Below, piece after piece: positions 24,108 to 35,500 of a DNA stretch of 64,000 nucleotides. The number at the start of each line of letters is the position of its first letter. The first letter of the stretch is position 1. The DNA comes from Syntrophorhabdaceae bacterium (lineage in GTDB: Bacteria; Desulfobacterota; Syntrophorhabdia; Syntrophorhabdales; Syntrophorhabdaceae): NCBI GenBank assembly GCA_963666485.2, contig CAXXUO010000003.1, positions 32,001 to 96,000 of the forward strand, written 5' to 3'. Made by a program: the position numbers and the translations under genes. Below the pieces are notes generated by a model. It had not been told where the DNA came from. It was given only the letters and a program-made list of their open reading frames with translations, and did not search any database.

Positions 24108-25361
24108 ATGATCAAAAAAACAAACGGCAGGACAATCAAGCTGAACTGCTCTTTCTGCGGGAAGAGCCAGGACGAGGTCAAGAAGCTGATAGCCGGGCCA
24201 ATGGTTTACATATGCGACGAATGCATCGAGCTGTGCAATGAGATTATTCAGGAAGAGGCGAAAAAGGAGCGTTTTGATTATATCAAGACAGCCATCCCCA
24301 AGCCCCATGAGATAAGCAAGCTCCTCGATGATTTCGTCATCGGGCAGGAGCACGCAAAGAAAGTTCTCTCCGTAGCAGTTTACAATCATTACAAGCGGAT
24401 CGAGTCGAAGACTCAGTTCGACGACGTCGAGATCCAGAAAAGCAACATTCTCCTCATCGGCCCCACGGGCTCGGGCAAGACGCTTCTCGCGCAGACACTT
24501 GCGAAGATCCTGCATGTGCCGTTCACGATCGCGGACGCGACGACCCTTACCGAGGCAGGCTACGTCGGCGAGGATGTCGAGAACATCATCCTGTACCTCC
24601 TCCAGTCGGCGGATTACAACGTCGAGCGGGCGGAGCGCGGCATCGTCTATATCGACGAGATCGACAAGATCTCCCGCAAGACAGACAGCCCGTCCATCAC
24701 CCGGGACGTATCGGGCGAAGGCGTGCAGCAGGCGCTTCTCAAGATCATCGAGGGGACGGTCGCCAATGTACCGCCAAAAGGCGGCAGGAAGCATCCCCAG
24801 CAGGATTATATAAAGGTCGACACGTCGAACATCCTTTTCATCTGCGGCGGCGCCTTCCACGGCATCGAAAGCCTGATCGCGAGCAGGATAGGGAAGAAGA
24901 GCATCGGCTTCGGCGTCGACGTCGAAGGCGGGCGGGACAAGATGTACTCCGAACTGCTTCGCGACATCCAGCCGGAAGACCTGTTGAAGTACGGTCTCAT
25001 CCCGGAATTCATCGGCCGTCTGCCGATCACGGCAACGCTCGAGGAGCTCACGGAGGAAAACCTCGTCGAGATCCTGAAACGGCCGAGGAACGCGATCGTC
25101 AAACAGTACAAGAAACTGTTCGATCTCGAGAACGTGAAGCTGACCTTCACGGAAGGTTCGCTCCGCGGCATAGCCAAAGAGGCGATGAAGAAGAAGACGG
25201 GCGCCCGGGGCCTTCGCTCCATCATGGAGAAGGTCATGCTCGACGTCATGTACGAGATACCGTCCCTGTCGAACGTAAAGGAATGTGTTATCAGTGAAGA
25301 GGTCATCGTGAACCACGAGAGACCCATCCTGATATACGAAGAAGAAGCCGAGAGCGCGTGA
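24108..25361 (+). CDS. clpX: Clp protease ATP-binding subunit ClpX
   Basis: CSFCGK zinc finger, [20 protein letters not shown] loop. Confidence 0.98.
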   Translation: MIKKTNGRTIKLNCSFCGKSQDEVKKLIAGPMVYICDECIELCNEIIQEEAKKERFDYIKTAIPKPHEISKLLDDFVIGQEHAKKVLSVAVYNHYKRIESKTQFDDVEIQKSNILLIGPTGSGKTLLAQTLAKILHVPFTIADATTLTEAGYVGEDVENIILYLLQSADYNVERAERGIVYIDEIDKISRKTDSPSITRDVSGEGVQQALLKIIEGTVANVPPKGGRKHPQQDYIKVDTSNILFICGGAFHGIESLIASRIGKKSIGFGVDVEGGRDKMYSELLRDIQPEDLLKYGLIPEFIGRLPITATLEELTEENLVEILKRPRNAIVKQYKKLFDLENVKLTFTEGSLRGIAKEAMKKKTGARGLRSIMEKVMLDVMYEIPSLSNVKECVISEEVIVNHERPILIYEEEAESA

Positions 25362-25365
25362 AAGG

Positions 25366-25394
25366 TTGACATTTCACGGTGAACCTGCTATATT
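25366..25394 (+). promoter_or_regulatory. Sigma70 promoter of the tRNA operon
   Basis: TTGACA-N17-TATATT with extended -10 TG, 10 nt upstream of tRNA-Val. Confidence 0.8.
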
Positions 25395-25404
25395 GAACCC
25401 CACT

Positions 25405-25479
25405 GGGCGGGTAGCTCAGCGGGAGAGCATCGGCCTTACAAGCCGAGGGTCGCAGGTTCAAAACCTGTTCCGCCTACCA
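25405..25479 (+). tRNA. tRNA-Val(TAC)
   Basis: Cloverleaf; anticodon arm TCGGC-CT-TAC-AA-GCCGA; GGTTCAAA T-loop; encoded CCA. Confidence 0.96.
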
Positions 25480-25495
25480 TTTAGAGTAAAAAAGC

Positions 25496-25573
<78 letters not shown>

Positions 25574-25590
25574 TTAAAATAACGATAAAG

Positions 25591-25620
25591 AAGCCCGGGT
25601 TCCCCCCCGGGTTTTTTGTT
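25591..25620 (+). terminator. Intrinsic terminator after the tRNAs
   Basis: GCCCGGG-loop-CCCGGGT followed by a T tract. Confidence 0.8.
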
Positions 25621-25642
25621 GCAATCAACTCATCCTTCTTTC

Positions 25643-25759
25643 CGTCATTCCGGCGAAGGCCGGAATCCAGGTTTTTTTTCTTTCTTTGGGGAAATGATTC
25701 TGCCTGAAATTTGAAACCCGTGTTTTAAGCACTGGACCCCGGCCTTCGCCGGGGTGACG
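25643..25759. repeat. Inverted doublet of CGTC-tagged hairpin repeats (gene-less)
   Basis: CGTCATTCCGGCGAAGGCCGGAATCCAG ... CTGGACCCCGGCCTTCGCCGGGGTGACG. Confidence 0.85.
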
Positions 25760-25872
25760 AAAGAGGCAGTTGGGGTGCGGTTTCGACGCCGTATTGAATA
25801 AAGATACGGATACAGGGTAAACTAAACAATGCCCGCAGTTAAATCATTCCAAGTTGAGGTGCGTCGCCATTT

Positions 25873-27936
25873 ATGAAACTCATCATCTGTATCCATAACC
25901 ATCAGCCGGTCGGCAACATGGACCATATCCTGGAAGAGGCCTATACGCGTTCGTATATGCCGTTTTTCAAGGTCTTGAACAACTTTCCCTCCGTTAAGGT
26001 GAATATCCACTTTACAGGGTTTCTTTTCGACTGGCTTAAGAGGAACAAGCCGGACTATATCGATCTCCTGAAGGAAATGCATGCCAGGGGACAGCTCGAG
26101 ATCGTCTCGGGGGGTGTGTACGAACCGATCCTCGCGCTGCTGCCTTTAGAGGACGCGCTCATGCAGATCAAGCTCCACCGCGACATGATGGAGGAGACGT
26201 TCGGGGTCCGGCCGAAGGGCATGTGGCTTGCGGAGCGGGTCTATGAGCCGCACCTGCCGAAGGTCATGGCGAAGGCGGGCATCGAGTACACGATCATCGA
26301 CGACAATCATTTCACATCGATCGGCCTGAAAGAAGAAGAGCTGTACGGCTATTTCGTAAGTGACTTCCAGGGCGAGAAGATATTTATCTTCCCGGGGCTC
26401 GAGGTGCTCCGGTACGCTATACCGTTCAAGAGCATAGAGAAGGTCGATGAATGTCTCAAGGGGCTGAAAAATGCCGGGGCGGACGTTGCGATATTCGGCG
26501 ACGACGGAGAGAAATTCGGCCTGTGGCCGGGAACGTACGACTATGTCTATGACAAAGAACACTGGCTCGAATCGTTCTTCCGCTACCTGACGGACAATTC
26601 GTCATGGCTCGAAACCGTGCATTTTTCCTACTATATAGCCACCACGCCGCCAAAGGGACGGATATACCTTGCCTGCCAGTCATACAGGGAGATGGAGGAG
26701 TGGTGCCTGCCGCCGGAGCGCGCGCGGGAATACGACAACCTTCTCCATGAGGACAACCTCCCGTACAGGGATTTTTTCAAGGGTGGGTATTACCGGCATT
26801 TTCTGGTCAAGTACAGTGAAAGCAACGACATGCACAAGAAGATGATGCGCCTGTCACAACTGGCCGAGGGCAATCCCGCGGCAAAAGAGCACATCTACAT
26901 GGCGCAGGCCAACGACAGCTACTGGCACGGGGTCTTCGGAGGCCTCTACCTTCCGCACTTAAGGGGTTCCGTGTGGCACCACCTGATCGAGGCAGAAAAG
27001 ATCCTCGACCCGAAGAAACCCTTTGTCGAGGGGTTCATAGAGGACATAAACCTCGACGGCCACGATGAAGCCGTCATACGGAACAACGCGATCGAGGCGA
27101 CGTTCCGCCTGAAAGAGGGCGGCTCCCTCTACGGGCTCGATTTCAAGCCGTCCTCGGTCAATATCATGGCGACGCTCAAAAGGCGGTACGAGGGATACCA
27201 CGAGAAGATAAGAGAGGCGGTTGGGGATGCGTCCGCAGACGGTACAAAGACCATTCACGACATGGTCATGGCGAAGGAAGAGGGGCTCGAGAAATACCTG
27301 CACTATGACTGGTACAGGCGGGCCTCCCTTGTCGATCACGTTCTGGGTACCGGGGCTGCCCTTGACGCATTCTACCGGTGTGAATACGTAGAACCGACCG
27401 ATTTTGTCCGCGAGCCTTACCGGGCCGAGCTCGTAAAGAAGAGCGGGGCGATCGATCTCGTTCTCAGGAGGGAGGGCCACTTCTGGTGGGACGGCGCCAC
27501 ATTCCCGCTCGCGATAGAGAAAAAGGTCGGGATCGTGAAGAAAGGTGCGGCACTGACCGTTGACTACCGCATAACGGGCGGGGTCGAAGTCCCGTTCCTT
27601 GTCGGGGTGGAGTTCAATTTCGGTTTGCTCGGAAGCGGCGGCGACCGCTATATGCAGACGGGCACCGCCATTTACGGCCTGACCCAGCACGGGGTCCTCG
27701 AGGCATCCTCAAGCGTTAAATTGCACGATCCCTACCAGGACATTGACATATTCCTCGAGTTCAGCGAGCCTGCTGAGATCTGGACGTTCCCCGTCGAAGT
27801 CGTGTCCCTGTCCGAAAATGGTTTCGAGCGCAACTACCAGAGCACGATGGTCATGCCCGTATGGCAGGTCCACCTGGCTGAAGGCACGAGGAATATACGC
27901 ATAACATTGCGTCTCGACAAGGCCGGGAAGGCCTGA
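25873..27936 (+). CDS. GH57 alpha-amylase/4-alpha-glucanotransferase
   Basis: HNHQP.GN, GG.YEPIL, GMWLAERVYEP, GDDGEKFG.WP, AQAND.YWHGVFGGLYLPHLR. Confidence 0.93.
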   Translation: MKLIICIHNHQPVGNMDHILEEAYTRSYMPFFKVLNNFPSVKVNIHFTGFLFDWLKRNKPDYIDLLKEMHARGQLEIVSGGVYEPILALLPLEDALMQIKLHRDMMEETFGVRPKGMWLAERVYEPHLPKVMAKAGIEYTIIDDNHFTSIGLKEEELYGYFVSDFQGEKIFIFPGLEVLRYAIPFKSIEKVDECLKGLKNAGADVAIFGDDGEKFGLWPGTYDYVYDKEHWLESFFRYLTDNSSWLETVHFSYYIATTPPKGRIYLACQSYREMEEWCLPPERAREYDNLLHEDNLPYRDFFKGGYYRHFLVKYSESNDMHKKMMRLSQLAEGNPAAKEHIYMAQANDSYWHGVFGGLYLPHLRGSVWHHLIEAEKILDPKKPFVEGFIEDINLDGHDEAVIRNNAIEATFRLKEGGSLYGLDFKPSSVNIMATLKRRYEGYHEKIREAVGDASADGTKTIHDMVMAKEEGLEKYLHYDWYRRASLVDHVLGTGAALDAFYRCEYVEPTDFVREPYRAELVKKSGAIDLVLRREGHFWWDGATFPLAIEKKVGIVKKGAALTVDYRITGGVEVPFLVGVEFNFGLLGSGGDRYMQTGTAIYGLTQHGVLEASSSVKLHDPYQDIDIFLEFSEPAEIWTFPVEVVSLSENGFERNYQSTMVMPVWQVHLAEGTRNIRITLRLDKAGKA

Positions 27937-27973
27937 TCCGATCAACCGCCCGTAATAGAGGATCTTAGGGCCG

Positions 27974-28807
27974 ATGCCGAAGGTTTCCGTTATTGTTACG
28001 ACCTTTAACCGGCGCCATTTCCTGCACGACGCCTTTCGGTCGGTCGCAGCGCAGGATTACCGCGACCGCGAGATAATCATCGTCGATGACGGATCGACAG
28101 ATAACACATGTGACGATGCGGCGCAGTTGCCGGCACGCTACATATGGAAAGAAAATGGCGGGATAAGCAGCGCGCGCAACGCCGGGCTCGCCATCGCCGG
28201 CGGGGAGTACATCGCGTTTCTCGACGTCGATGACCGCTGGAAGAAAAAGAAGCTCTCCACGCAGCTCGATGCCATGGAAAGAACCGGCATGCTCCTGTCC
28301 TATACAGATGAGATATGGTTCCGCAACGGCAAGAGGCTCAACCAGAAATTAAGGCACCGCAAGTACTCGGGGATGATATTCGAGCAGTGCCTCCCGCTGT
28401 GTATAATCAGTCCATCCTCGGCGCTCATCCACCGGAGCATTTTCGATACGGTCGGAACATTCGATGAATCCATGCCCGTGTGCGAGGATTACGATATGTG
28501 GCTCCGCATAACATCCCGCTACCCCGTCCTCTTCGTTGAAAAGCCTCTCATCGTAAAGCAGGGCGGCCACGCTGACCAGTTGTCGCGGGCATACGACGGC
28601 ATGGACCGTTTCAGGATCGAAAGCATCGCGCGGATACTGGGCAGCGGGGTGCTTGATCCTGTCTACGCGGAAAAAGCGGTGGGCGAGCTCACGAAAAAAT
28701 GCCGCATCTATGCGGGAGGGGCCTTAAAACGGGGAAAGAAAGAGGAAGCGGAGCATTACCTCGCGCTCGCCGCTTCGTACGCCGCTGCGGATTGCGCTAC
28801 TTCCTGA
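27974..28807 (+). CDS. Glycosyltransferase family 2
   Basis: VSVIV.TFNR, IVDDGSTD, N.G.S.ARN.G, FLD.DD, EDYD.WLR. Confidence 0.93.
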   Translation: MPKVSVIVTTFNRRHFLHDAFRSVAAQDYRDREIIIVDDGSTDNTCDDAAQLPARYIWKENGGISSARNAGLAIAGGEYIAFLDVDDRWKKKKLSTQLDAMERTGMLLSYTDEIWFRNGKRLNQKLRHRKYSGMIFEQCLPLCIISPSSALIHRSIFDTVGTFDESMPVCEDYDMWLRITSRYPVLFVEKPLIVKQGGHADQLSRAYDGMDRFRIESIARILGSGVLDPVYAEKAVGELTKKCRIYAGGALKRGKKEEAEHYLALAASYAAADCATS

Positions 28808-29297
28808 GTTCTGCAAACATTTTATCTATATGCCCTTTGTGGGCGACCGTGTCCGAAATGATCTCATTCACCAGCGTCTGGCATTCTATATCATCCGTCT
28901 TCACGACCTCGTTGTACTTGGCCTCCATAAATGCCTGTTCGTTGTCCCGGGCAATGGCAAGGGCATTGATCAGGGGAACCTGTCCGGCAAGCATTTTCAC
29001 AGTACTCGCCTCGAGCCCCTTTATCAGGGTCTGCGCCGCCATGATATTGAACGGTCTCCCTTTCTCGAAATTCTCCGGTTTCTTCTCTATGATGGCCTTC
29101 ATTTTCTGGATGTTGACTGCGTGCTTACTTTCCTGGTCCGCGATGCCGAACCAGAAAGCCTGCTGGTGGGTAAAGACTTCGCCGCACGCATGGTAATACC
29201 CGGCAACGACCGTCTCGGTCATCTCCATGTATCCGAGGACATCCATAATTCCCTTGAGATCGCCTGCATTGAAAAGGCCCATGATCTTTATTTCCAC
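28797..29297 (-). CDS. Ferritin/rubrerythrin-like hypothetical protein
   Basis: E..V...Y, FW..IA.QE.KH, E......Y, I..D...H helical-bundle pattern; start may be at 29282. Confidence 0.65.
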   Translation of the reverse strand: MEIKIMGLFNAGDLKGIMDVLGYMEMTETVVAGYYHACGEVFTHQQAFWFGIADQESKHAVNIQKMKAIIEKKPENFEKGRPFNIMAAQTLIKGLEASTVKMLAGQVPLINALAIARDNEQAFMEAKYNEVVKTDDIECQTLVNEIISDTVAHKGHIDKMFAELRK

Positions 29298-29381
29298 TCC
29301 TTATTCGTCTGGATTGCTTAAAAAGCTACCAAAAGCGACACGTTAATTCAACCATAAATAGCGCACATTCCCCGTTCCCCC

Positions 29382-30289
29382 CGTCTTCCCTCTCCCTCCC
29401 CGTCTTCCCTCTCCCTCCCCGTCTTCCCTCTCCCTCCCCGTCTTCCCGGGCTTGACCCGGGACCCAAGGTTTGCCTTTCGCTATCTGATATTGACTTATT
29501 CGGGACATCTCGGTAAAACTATCCAGACACACAAGGCACTTCTCGCACCGTTTTTTCACGGTAATAATTTTTTTTCATTTCCCCCAGCCATTATTTTTTT
29601 TCCGTCTCCCCGATCCTCCTTTTCCGTCTTCCCGGGCTTGACCCGGGACCCAAGGTTTTGAATATTTTTACGCACCGAGCCACACTATATCGTGCACCTG
29701 TGCAGCCTTAAGCAGTAATTTCAAGATTACCGCAATCGCATAAACGAAAGGAGAACCATGAACAAGCAGCCGTGCGTCTATATACTGACGAACAAAAAGA
29801 ATGGCACCCTGTATGTTGGAGTTTACATCGGATATCCTTAAACGTGTATGGCAACATAAGAATAGGTTCATCGCCGGTTTTACCAAGGATTATGATCTGC
29901 ATATTTTGGTCTGGTTTGAGATTCACGAAACGATGGAATCGGCTATTATACGAGAGAAGAGCATCAAGAGATGGAGGAGGCAATGGAAGTTGGAGCTGGT
30001 TAATAAGCTGAATCCCTACTGGAGCGACCTGTACGATGAATTGGTAAAATCAACAAAATGAAAAAAACCTTGGGTCCCGGGTCAAGCCCGGGAAGACGGA
30101 GGAGGAGGTGAGAAGACGGAGGAGGAGGTGAGAAGACGGAGGAGGAGGTGAGACGAGGGAGAAGGAGGTGGGAAGACGGAGAAGGAGGGTCGGAGTGACG
30201 GATAAACAAAAAGTGGGATGACGGTAGAGAAAGTGGGATGACGACAGGCTTACAAACCTTGGACCCCGGTGTCAAGCACCGGGGTGACG
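29382..30289 (+). mobile_element. GIY-YIG/hairpin-repeat cassette 1
   Basis: 3 x 19-bp units plus hairpin repeat (29439-29472); perfect 35-bp IR at 29625-29659 and 30064-30098 around the nuclease gene; 20-bp tandem units from 30092; terminal hairpin repeat at 30254-30289. Confidence 0.8.
29758..30061 (+). pseudogene. Small GIY-YIG nuclease, copy 1, with one extra base near 29822-29824 (pseudogene or read error)
   Basis: AAAGGAG RBS; MNKQPCVYILTNKKNGTLYVGV then, after removing one T, TSDILKRVWQHK...AIIREK.IK.W.R.WK.ELV...NP.W.DLY. Confidence 0.85.
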
Positions 30290-30456
30290 GGCGGAGAGAA
30301 TTGGGAATGACCAGGAAAGGAAGGTTTTGTCTTTCGCGTTGAACGGTTGGACTGTTGAACGGTTGAACCTGTCTTTTCCGTCAATTGCTTGATTAATAGC
30401 GCCAACCCCTGTATATTTTCGATACGCAAAAACCCCTGTTTTAAAGGAGCCTTCAC

Positions 30457-32217
30457 ATGCCGTATGATGCGACGAAGATGGCGGACTGGGAGATATCGGA
30501 AGCCGCCGAAGAGAAGATGAAGACCATCTGGCAGCTGCGCGACGAGATGGGGCTTCAGGGAGACGAGGTGATCCCCTATGGGAAAATGGGCCGCCTCAAC
30601 TACGCCGCTATCATGGGCCGGCTTAATTCGCGGCCGAACGGAAAATATATCGATGTGACGGCGATAACGCCGACGCCGCTCGGCGAGGGCAAGACAACGA
30701 CGACGATTGGCCTTCTCGAAGGCCTGGGGAAAAGAGGCCAGCTTGTGGGCGGCGCGATACGCCAGCCGTCGACCGGGCCGACGATGAACGTGAAAGGCAG
30801 CGCCGGCGGCGGGGGAAATGCTCAGGTCGTTCCCCTGACGGAATTTTCCCTTGGCTTGACCGGGGACATCGACCGCATCATGAACGCGCACAATATCGCA
30901 ATGGTAGCGCTTACGGCGCGGATGCAGCACGAGCGCAACTATGGTGACAGGGAGTTGGAAAAGAGGGGGCTCAAGCGCCTCGACGTCGACCCCACGAACA
31001 TCCAGATGGGCTGGGTCATCGATTTCTGCGCCCAGGCACTGCGCAACATCGTTGTCGGCATGGGCGGAAGGATGGATGGTTTCACGATGCAGTCCCATTT
31101 CGATATCGGGGTGAGCTCCGAGCTCATGGCGATCCTGTCCATCGTGCGGGACCTCAAAGACCTTCGCAAGCGCATCGGCGAGATCACCGTTGCGTACCGC
31201 AAGAACGGCGAGCCGGTAACGGCGGAGGACCTCGAGGTTGCCGGGGCGATGTGCGCGATCATGAAGGACACGATCAACCCGACGCTCATGCAGACGGTCG
31301 AAGGCCAGCCGATGATGGTACACGCGGGGCCTTTTGCAAATATAGCGATAGGTCAGTCGTCCATAATCGCAGACCTCCTGGGGCTCAAGCTCTTCGATTA
31401 CCATGTCACGGAGAGCGGTTTCGGTGCAGACATCGGTTTCGAGAAGTTCTGGAACGTCAAATGCCGCTTAAGCGGCCTCAAGCCCAACGTTTCCGTGATA
31501 ACGGCGACGATACGCGCTCTCAAGATGCACGGCGGCGGCCCCCGCGTCGCGCCCGGCATCCCGCTTCCCAGGGAATATACGAACGAGGACCTGAACCTCC
31601 TCGAAAAAGGCATTCCCAATCTCCTCCACCACATCCGCATCGTCAAGATGTCCGGCATGAAGCCCGTCGTTTGCATAAACAAGTTCACGACGGACACGAA
31701 AGACGAGATCGCCCTCGTTCGCCGGTTCGCTGAAAGCGAAGGGGCCCGTGTCGCCGTCTCCGAGCAATGGCTCAAAGGCGGGGAAGGGGCATTGGAACTC
31801 GCCGATGCCGTGATTGACGCATGCAGCGAAAATGTTGAGTTCAACTATCTCTACCCCCTGGAGATGCCCCTCATGCAGAGGGTCGACGTCATAGCCAAGA
31901 ACGTCTACGGCGCCGATAGCGTCCTGTGGATCCCCGAAGCGGAAGAAAAAGCCCGCCGCCTCGAGAACGACCCGGCCAAAAGCGACTACTTCACCATGAT
32001 GGTCAAAACTCACCTGAGTCTCTCCCACAAGCCCGAGCTGAAAGGCGTCCCTAAAGGATGGCGACTGCCCGTCCGCGACGTCCTCGTTTTCACCGGCGCC
32101 AAATTCCTCTGTCCCGTCACCGGCGCAATCTCCCTCATGCCGGGTACCAGTTCAGATCCGGCGTTCAGAAGGATAGATGTGGATGTAGAAACCGGGAAGG
32201 TGAAGGGGTTGTTCTAA
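30457..32217 (+). CDS. fhs: Formate--tetrahydrofolate ligase
   Basis: [53 protein letters not shown]. Confidence 0.96.
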   Translation: MPYDATKMADWEISEAAEEKMKTIWQLRDEMGLQGDEVIPYGKMGRLNYAAIMGRLNSRPNGKYIDVTAITPTPLGEGKTTTTIGLLEGLGKRGQLVGGAIRQPSTGPTMNVKGSAGGGGNAQVVPLTEFSLGLTGDIDRIMNAHNIAMVALTARMQHERNYGDRELEKRGLKRLDVDPTNIQMGWVIDFCAQALRNIVVGMGGRMDGFTMQSHFDIGVSSELMAILSIVRDLKDLRKRIGEITVAYRKNGEPVTAEDLEVAGAMCAIMKDTINPTLMQTVEGQPMMVHAGPFANIAIGQSSIIADLLGLKLFDYHVTESGFGADIGFEKFWNVKCRLSGLKPNVSVITATIRALKMHGGGPRVAPGIPLPREYTNEDLNLLEKGIPNLLHHIRIVKMSGMKPVVCINKFTTDTKDEIALVRRFAESEGARVAVSEQWLKGGEGALELADAVIDACSENVEFNYLYPLEMPLMQRVDVIAKNVYGADSVLWIPEAEEKARRLENDPAKSDYFTMMVKTHLSLSHKPELKGVPKGWRLPVRDVLVFTGAKFLCPVTGAISLMPGTSSDPAFRRIDVDVETGKVKGLF

Positions 32218-32224
32218 AAAAATA

Positions 32225-32529
32225 GTTCAAAGTTCAAAGTTCAAAGTTCAAAGAAAAGACGGTTCCACGTTCCAGGTTCCACGCTAAAAAACAAACATTT
32301 CGTCATCCCGGTGCTTGACACCGGGGGTGACGATGGGAGGACCACTGAGTCGGGTGCGGTTGGACGCAAAGACGCTGGATTCCCGCTTTCGCGGGAATGA
32401 CGATAGGAGAGAATACTTACGATGAAGGTTTTTTACGACTTACGTTTAAAGCCCGGGACGATGGCTGTTATTTTTTTCGTGGAACGTGGAACCGTCTTTT
32501 CTTTGAACTTTGAACTTTGAACTTTGAAC
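32225..32529. repeat. 305-bp element with perfect 50-bp heptamer-based terminal IRs and internal CGTC hairpin repeats
   Basis: GTTCAA(AGTTCAA)3AGAAAAGACGGTTCCACGTTCCA at 32225-32274 is the exact reverse complement of 32480-32529; hairpins at 32301-32332 and 32368-32402. Confidence 0.88.
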
Positions 32530-32541
32530 CTTTTTCCCGTC

Positions 32542-35500
32542 TTAATCGAATTCAATACGATAATATATCGCCCCGCCCGTCTGATTCCCCACCGTACTCT
32601 CAACATCAAGCCTCTTTGTCAGCCTGTACCGCAAGGAGAACACGTTCTCTCCGCCCGATATGGAACGCCCGATACTAACGTACAGTTTTGGCGAAATATA
32701 CCTGCCGATCTTGACGATGGAGTCGGCTGCGCCGGTGGTCTGCTGCCGGGTACTGGCGACGTCCACGTCGAACCCAAGGGCCCTTTGAATCTCTGTCGCC
32801 TTGCCGCCGGTGAGAAGGCCGCTCGCGGCCTTGGCGAGAAGGGCCGTGTCCGCTTGACCGCCCTGACCGCCCGGCCTCCCGAGGACGATGAAACTCAATG
32901 TGTCCATGTCCGTCATGGAGGGGCGTGAATAGAGGCTTATGTTAGGTTTTTCCGCGTTTCCCGTGACGAGCACCCCGGCGGCGACGTTGCCTTTCTCGGG
33001 GTCGCGGACCCATCTGACCGCCAGGATGTTGAGGTTGGCATCCTTCACCGGGCCGTTAAAGGAAATGGCGCCCCTCTGGATATTGAGCTTCGCGCCATAG
33101 GCGTCGTACTTGCCCTCTACCGTGGTGATCGTTCCGCGCGCCCTGATATCCTCGGGGCCGGACATTGAAATGTCCACCGTACCCCCGAGGCGCGTGTCGA
33201 TGCCGTATGCCTTTACTGCCACCTTCTCTCCCATCCTGACCGCGACAAGAAGATCGAGCGCGAAGGGAAAACCGGACCGCCGTCTCTCCTCCTCTCCTAC
33301 GATGACGACATCACGGCTCGGCTTGATCATATTTTCCTTACGCTCCTCCTTGACCAATGCCTCAGGTATGAGCACAGAGCCTCTCACCGTAACTTTTTTT
33401 GTATTCCCCCTTACGGTGATATCGGGGCTGACAAGTGTGTTCAACTCCGGAAGGTTGATCGCCTGGAATCGGTCGCCTTTTACTGTCGCCTCAAATGATT
33501 CGATCTCGCCGCGGGAATGGCGGGCATCACCCGTGATCGTGACCTGTCCCTGCCCGGACCGCGCGGTGAGCGACGTGATGGTGATCAGGTTGTTATTGAA
33601 CGCGATATCGGCATTGACATCCTTGAGGTCCATGCCGGCGGCCGGCAGATACGCGCTCGCGCGTCTCAGGTTCAGCTTGCCGTTAAGCCGCGGGTCGCCC
33701 GCGGTGCCCGTCGCGGTTATATCGAATCCGAGCTGTCCTCTCGTTTCCTGCGCCATCCCGGGGAAGAAGGCGGTGATGAGGCCCCGCTCATTGACCTCGC
33801 CATGCGCGTTGACAAGGATCGGACCTGCTTTATCCATGACCAGCGGCACGCGGGCGGGCAGGGGCAGTTTGACGTCGGCGCGGGCTGAGCCGAATTGTCC
33901 GAGGGCAATCCTGGTGCTGCCGGTGAGCGAAGAATTCTCCCAGCTTATGGAAAGATTTGCCTCTCTGACCGGCGCAGTAACCTCACCCTTGCTGGAGCGC
34001 CACGAAAAAGATCCGTCCGCCAGGCTTGTACTACCGGTGAGCTTGAACCGTTCCTCCGGCAGAAACATGCCATCGATACTGCCGGAAAGAAAACCTTTAA
34101 GGCCTGCAGCGGTAGTACCCGATTTCGGCCCAAACGTCGCAAGGTCGAGCCTCGACCATTCGGCACGGAACGTGCCCCGGCGGGGCATTTCGAACCGGAC
34201 AGGCTCTTTCGACACGGCGGAAGCGGTGAACCGGCCTCCATTCCCGGGGTCGATGCTCAGGGCTGCATTGAACCCTGTCTTATCCCAGGTTAACCTCCCG
34301 TCGATCGATCCGATCCGAAAGGCGTTCCACGCCATTCTCGATCCCCGGGCGGTCATCTCGCCTGCGGCTTCATTGTCGCGCCATCGGACCCACCCTTGCG
34401 CTAAGACGCTGCCTGTGGTTTTGGGGACGAACTTTGATACATCATCTATCCTCACCAGCCATGTCACGCGTTCCTGCACAGTGCCGTGCGCATTGAGGGT
34501 GAATCCATTACCCCTCGCGGAAAATGTGTTGATCCTTATCGATTCACCCGCGAAATTTGCATCGATGTCGGCGGTAAGCGGTCTTTTTTGAAAGGTGCTG
34601 TTATATACAGTGGCCTTTACGGACCCTTCACCCGGTCCTTTGCCGGGCATCACATACCTGCCGCTTAGGCGAAAATTGATATTTCCGGAGAGGCCCGGCC
34701 GTATTCGTGCCGGGTCAAGGCCACTGCCGGCAACCTCGGCCGACAGTATACCGGGAGCGCGTTCAAAGCGAGCAAGGCCGCTCAGGGCGCCTCCCGCTAT
34801 CTTCGCTCCGAGGTCTTTGAGCTCAATGATCTCTTTCGTCCCGATAATGTTCCCGCGAGCGGCCATACCCTTCCCGTCGGACGACCCGTCAGTAAGGGAA
34901 AAACCTCCCCGGAATTCACTTACAGTCCCGGCGACCTTGAAATCCCCCGACAGGGAGGTATTCTGCGGAATCTCCGGTGCGAGGTTAAGTTTCGTCATTA
35001 TGCCCGATATGTCGAATGCCGGCTCGCTGCCGGTGAGGTCGATCATTGCCTGTGCGTCGATGGTCCCCCGTTTGTCCGCCTTGATGAGACGCGCTTTTGT
35101 GATACGTACAGCCTGGCGTTCGAGGCCGAGCCGGCAATCAAATCTGATCCGTTCCTTCTTTCCGGCAAATGCCGCGATGGTGACGGGCCCGGCCACCTGT
35201 TCTTTTCCGCGCGATGAAGGCAGGTTCACACTAACGGCGATATTGTCGAATCCGGCCGTTTTCTTAGGGAGTGCGGCATGAAGCTTGCCGTGAAGCCGCG
35301 GGCTTATGAGGTCGAGAATAAAGACGCCGCTTATGTCTGCCTGAGGGCTTTTTACGTTCAGTTGATCACAATAAAGCATTCCCCCTATGAAGACAAAACC
35401 GGCCCCGACCGCGTCCACCGAAGTAGCGGAGCCATCGGCAGACGTATATGCCAGGTTCTTTATCGTCATCCTGCTTATCGAAGCCTGAAAGATCGAGATC

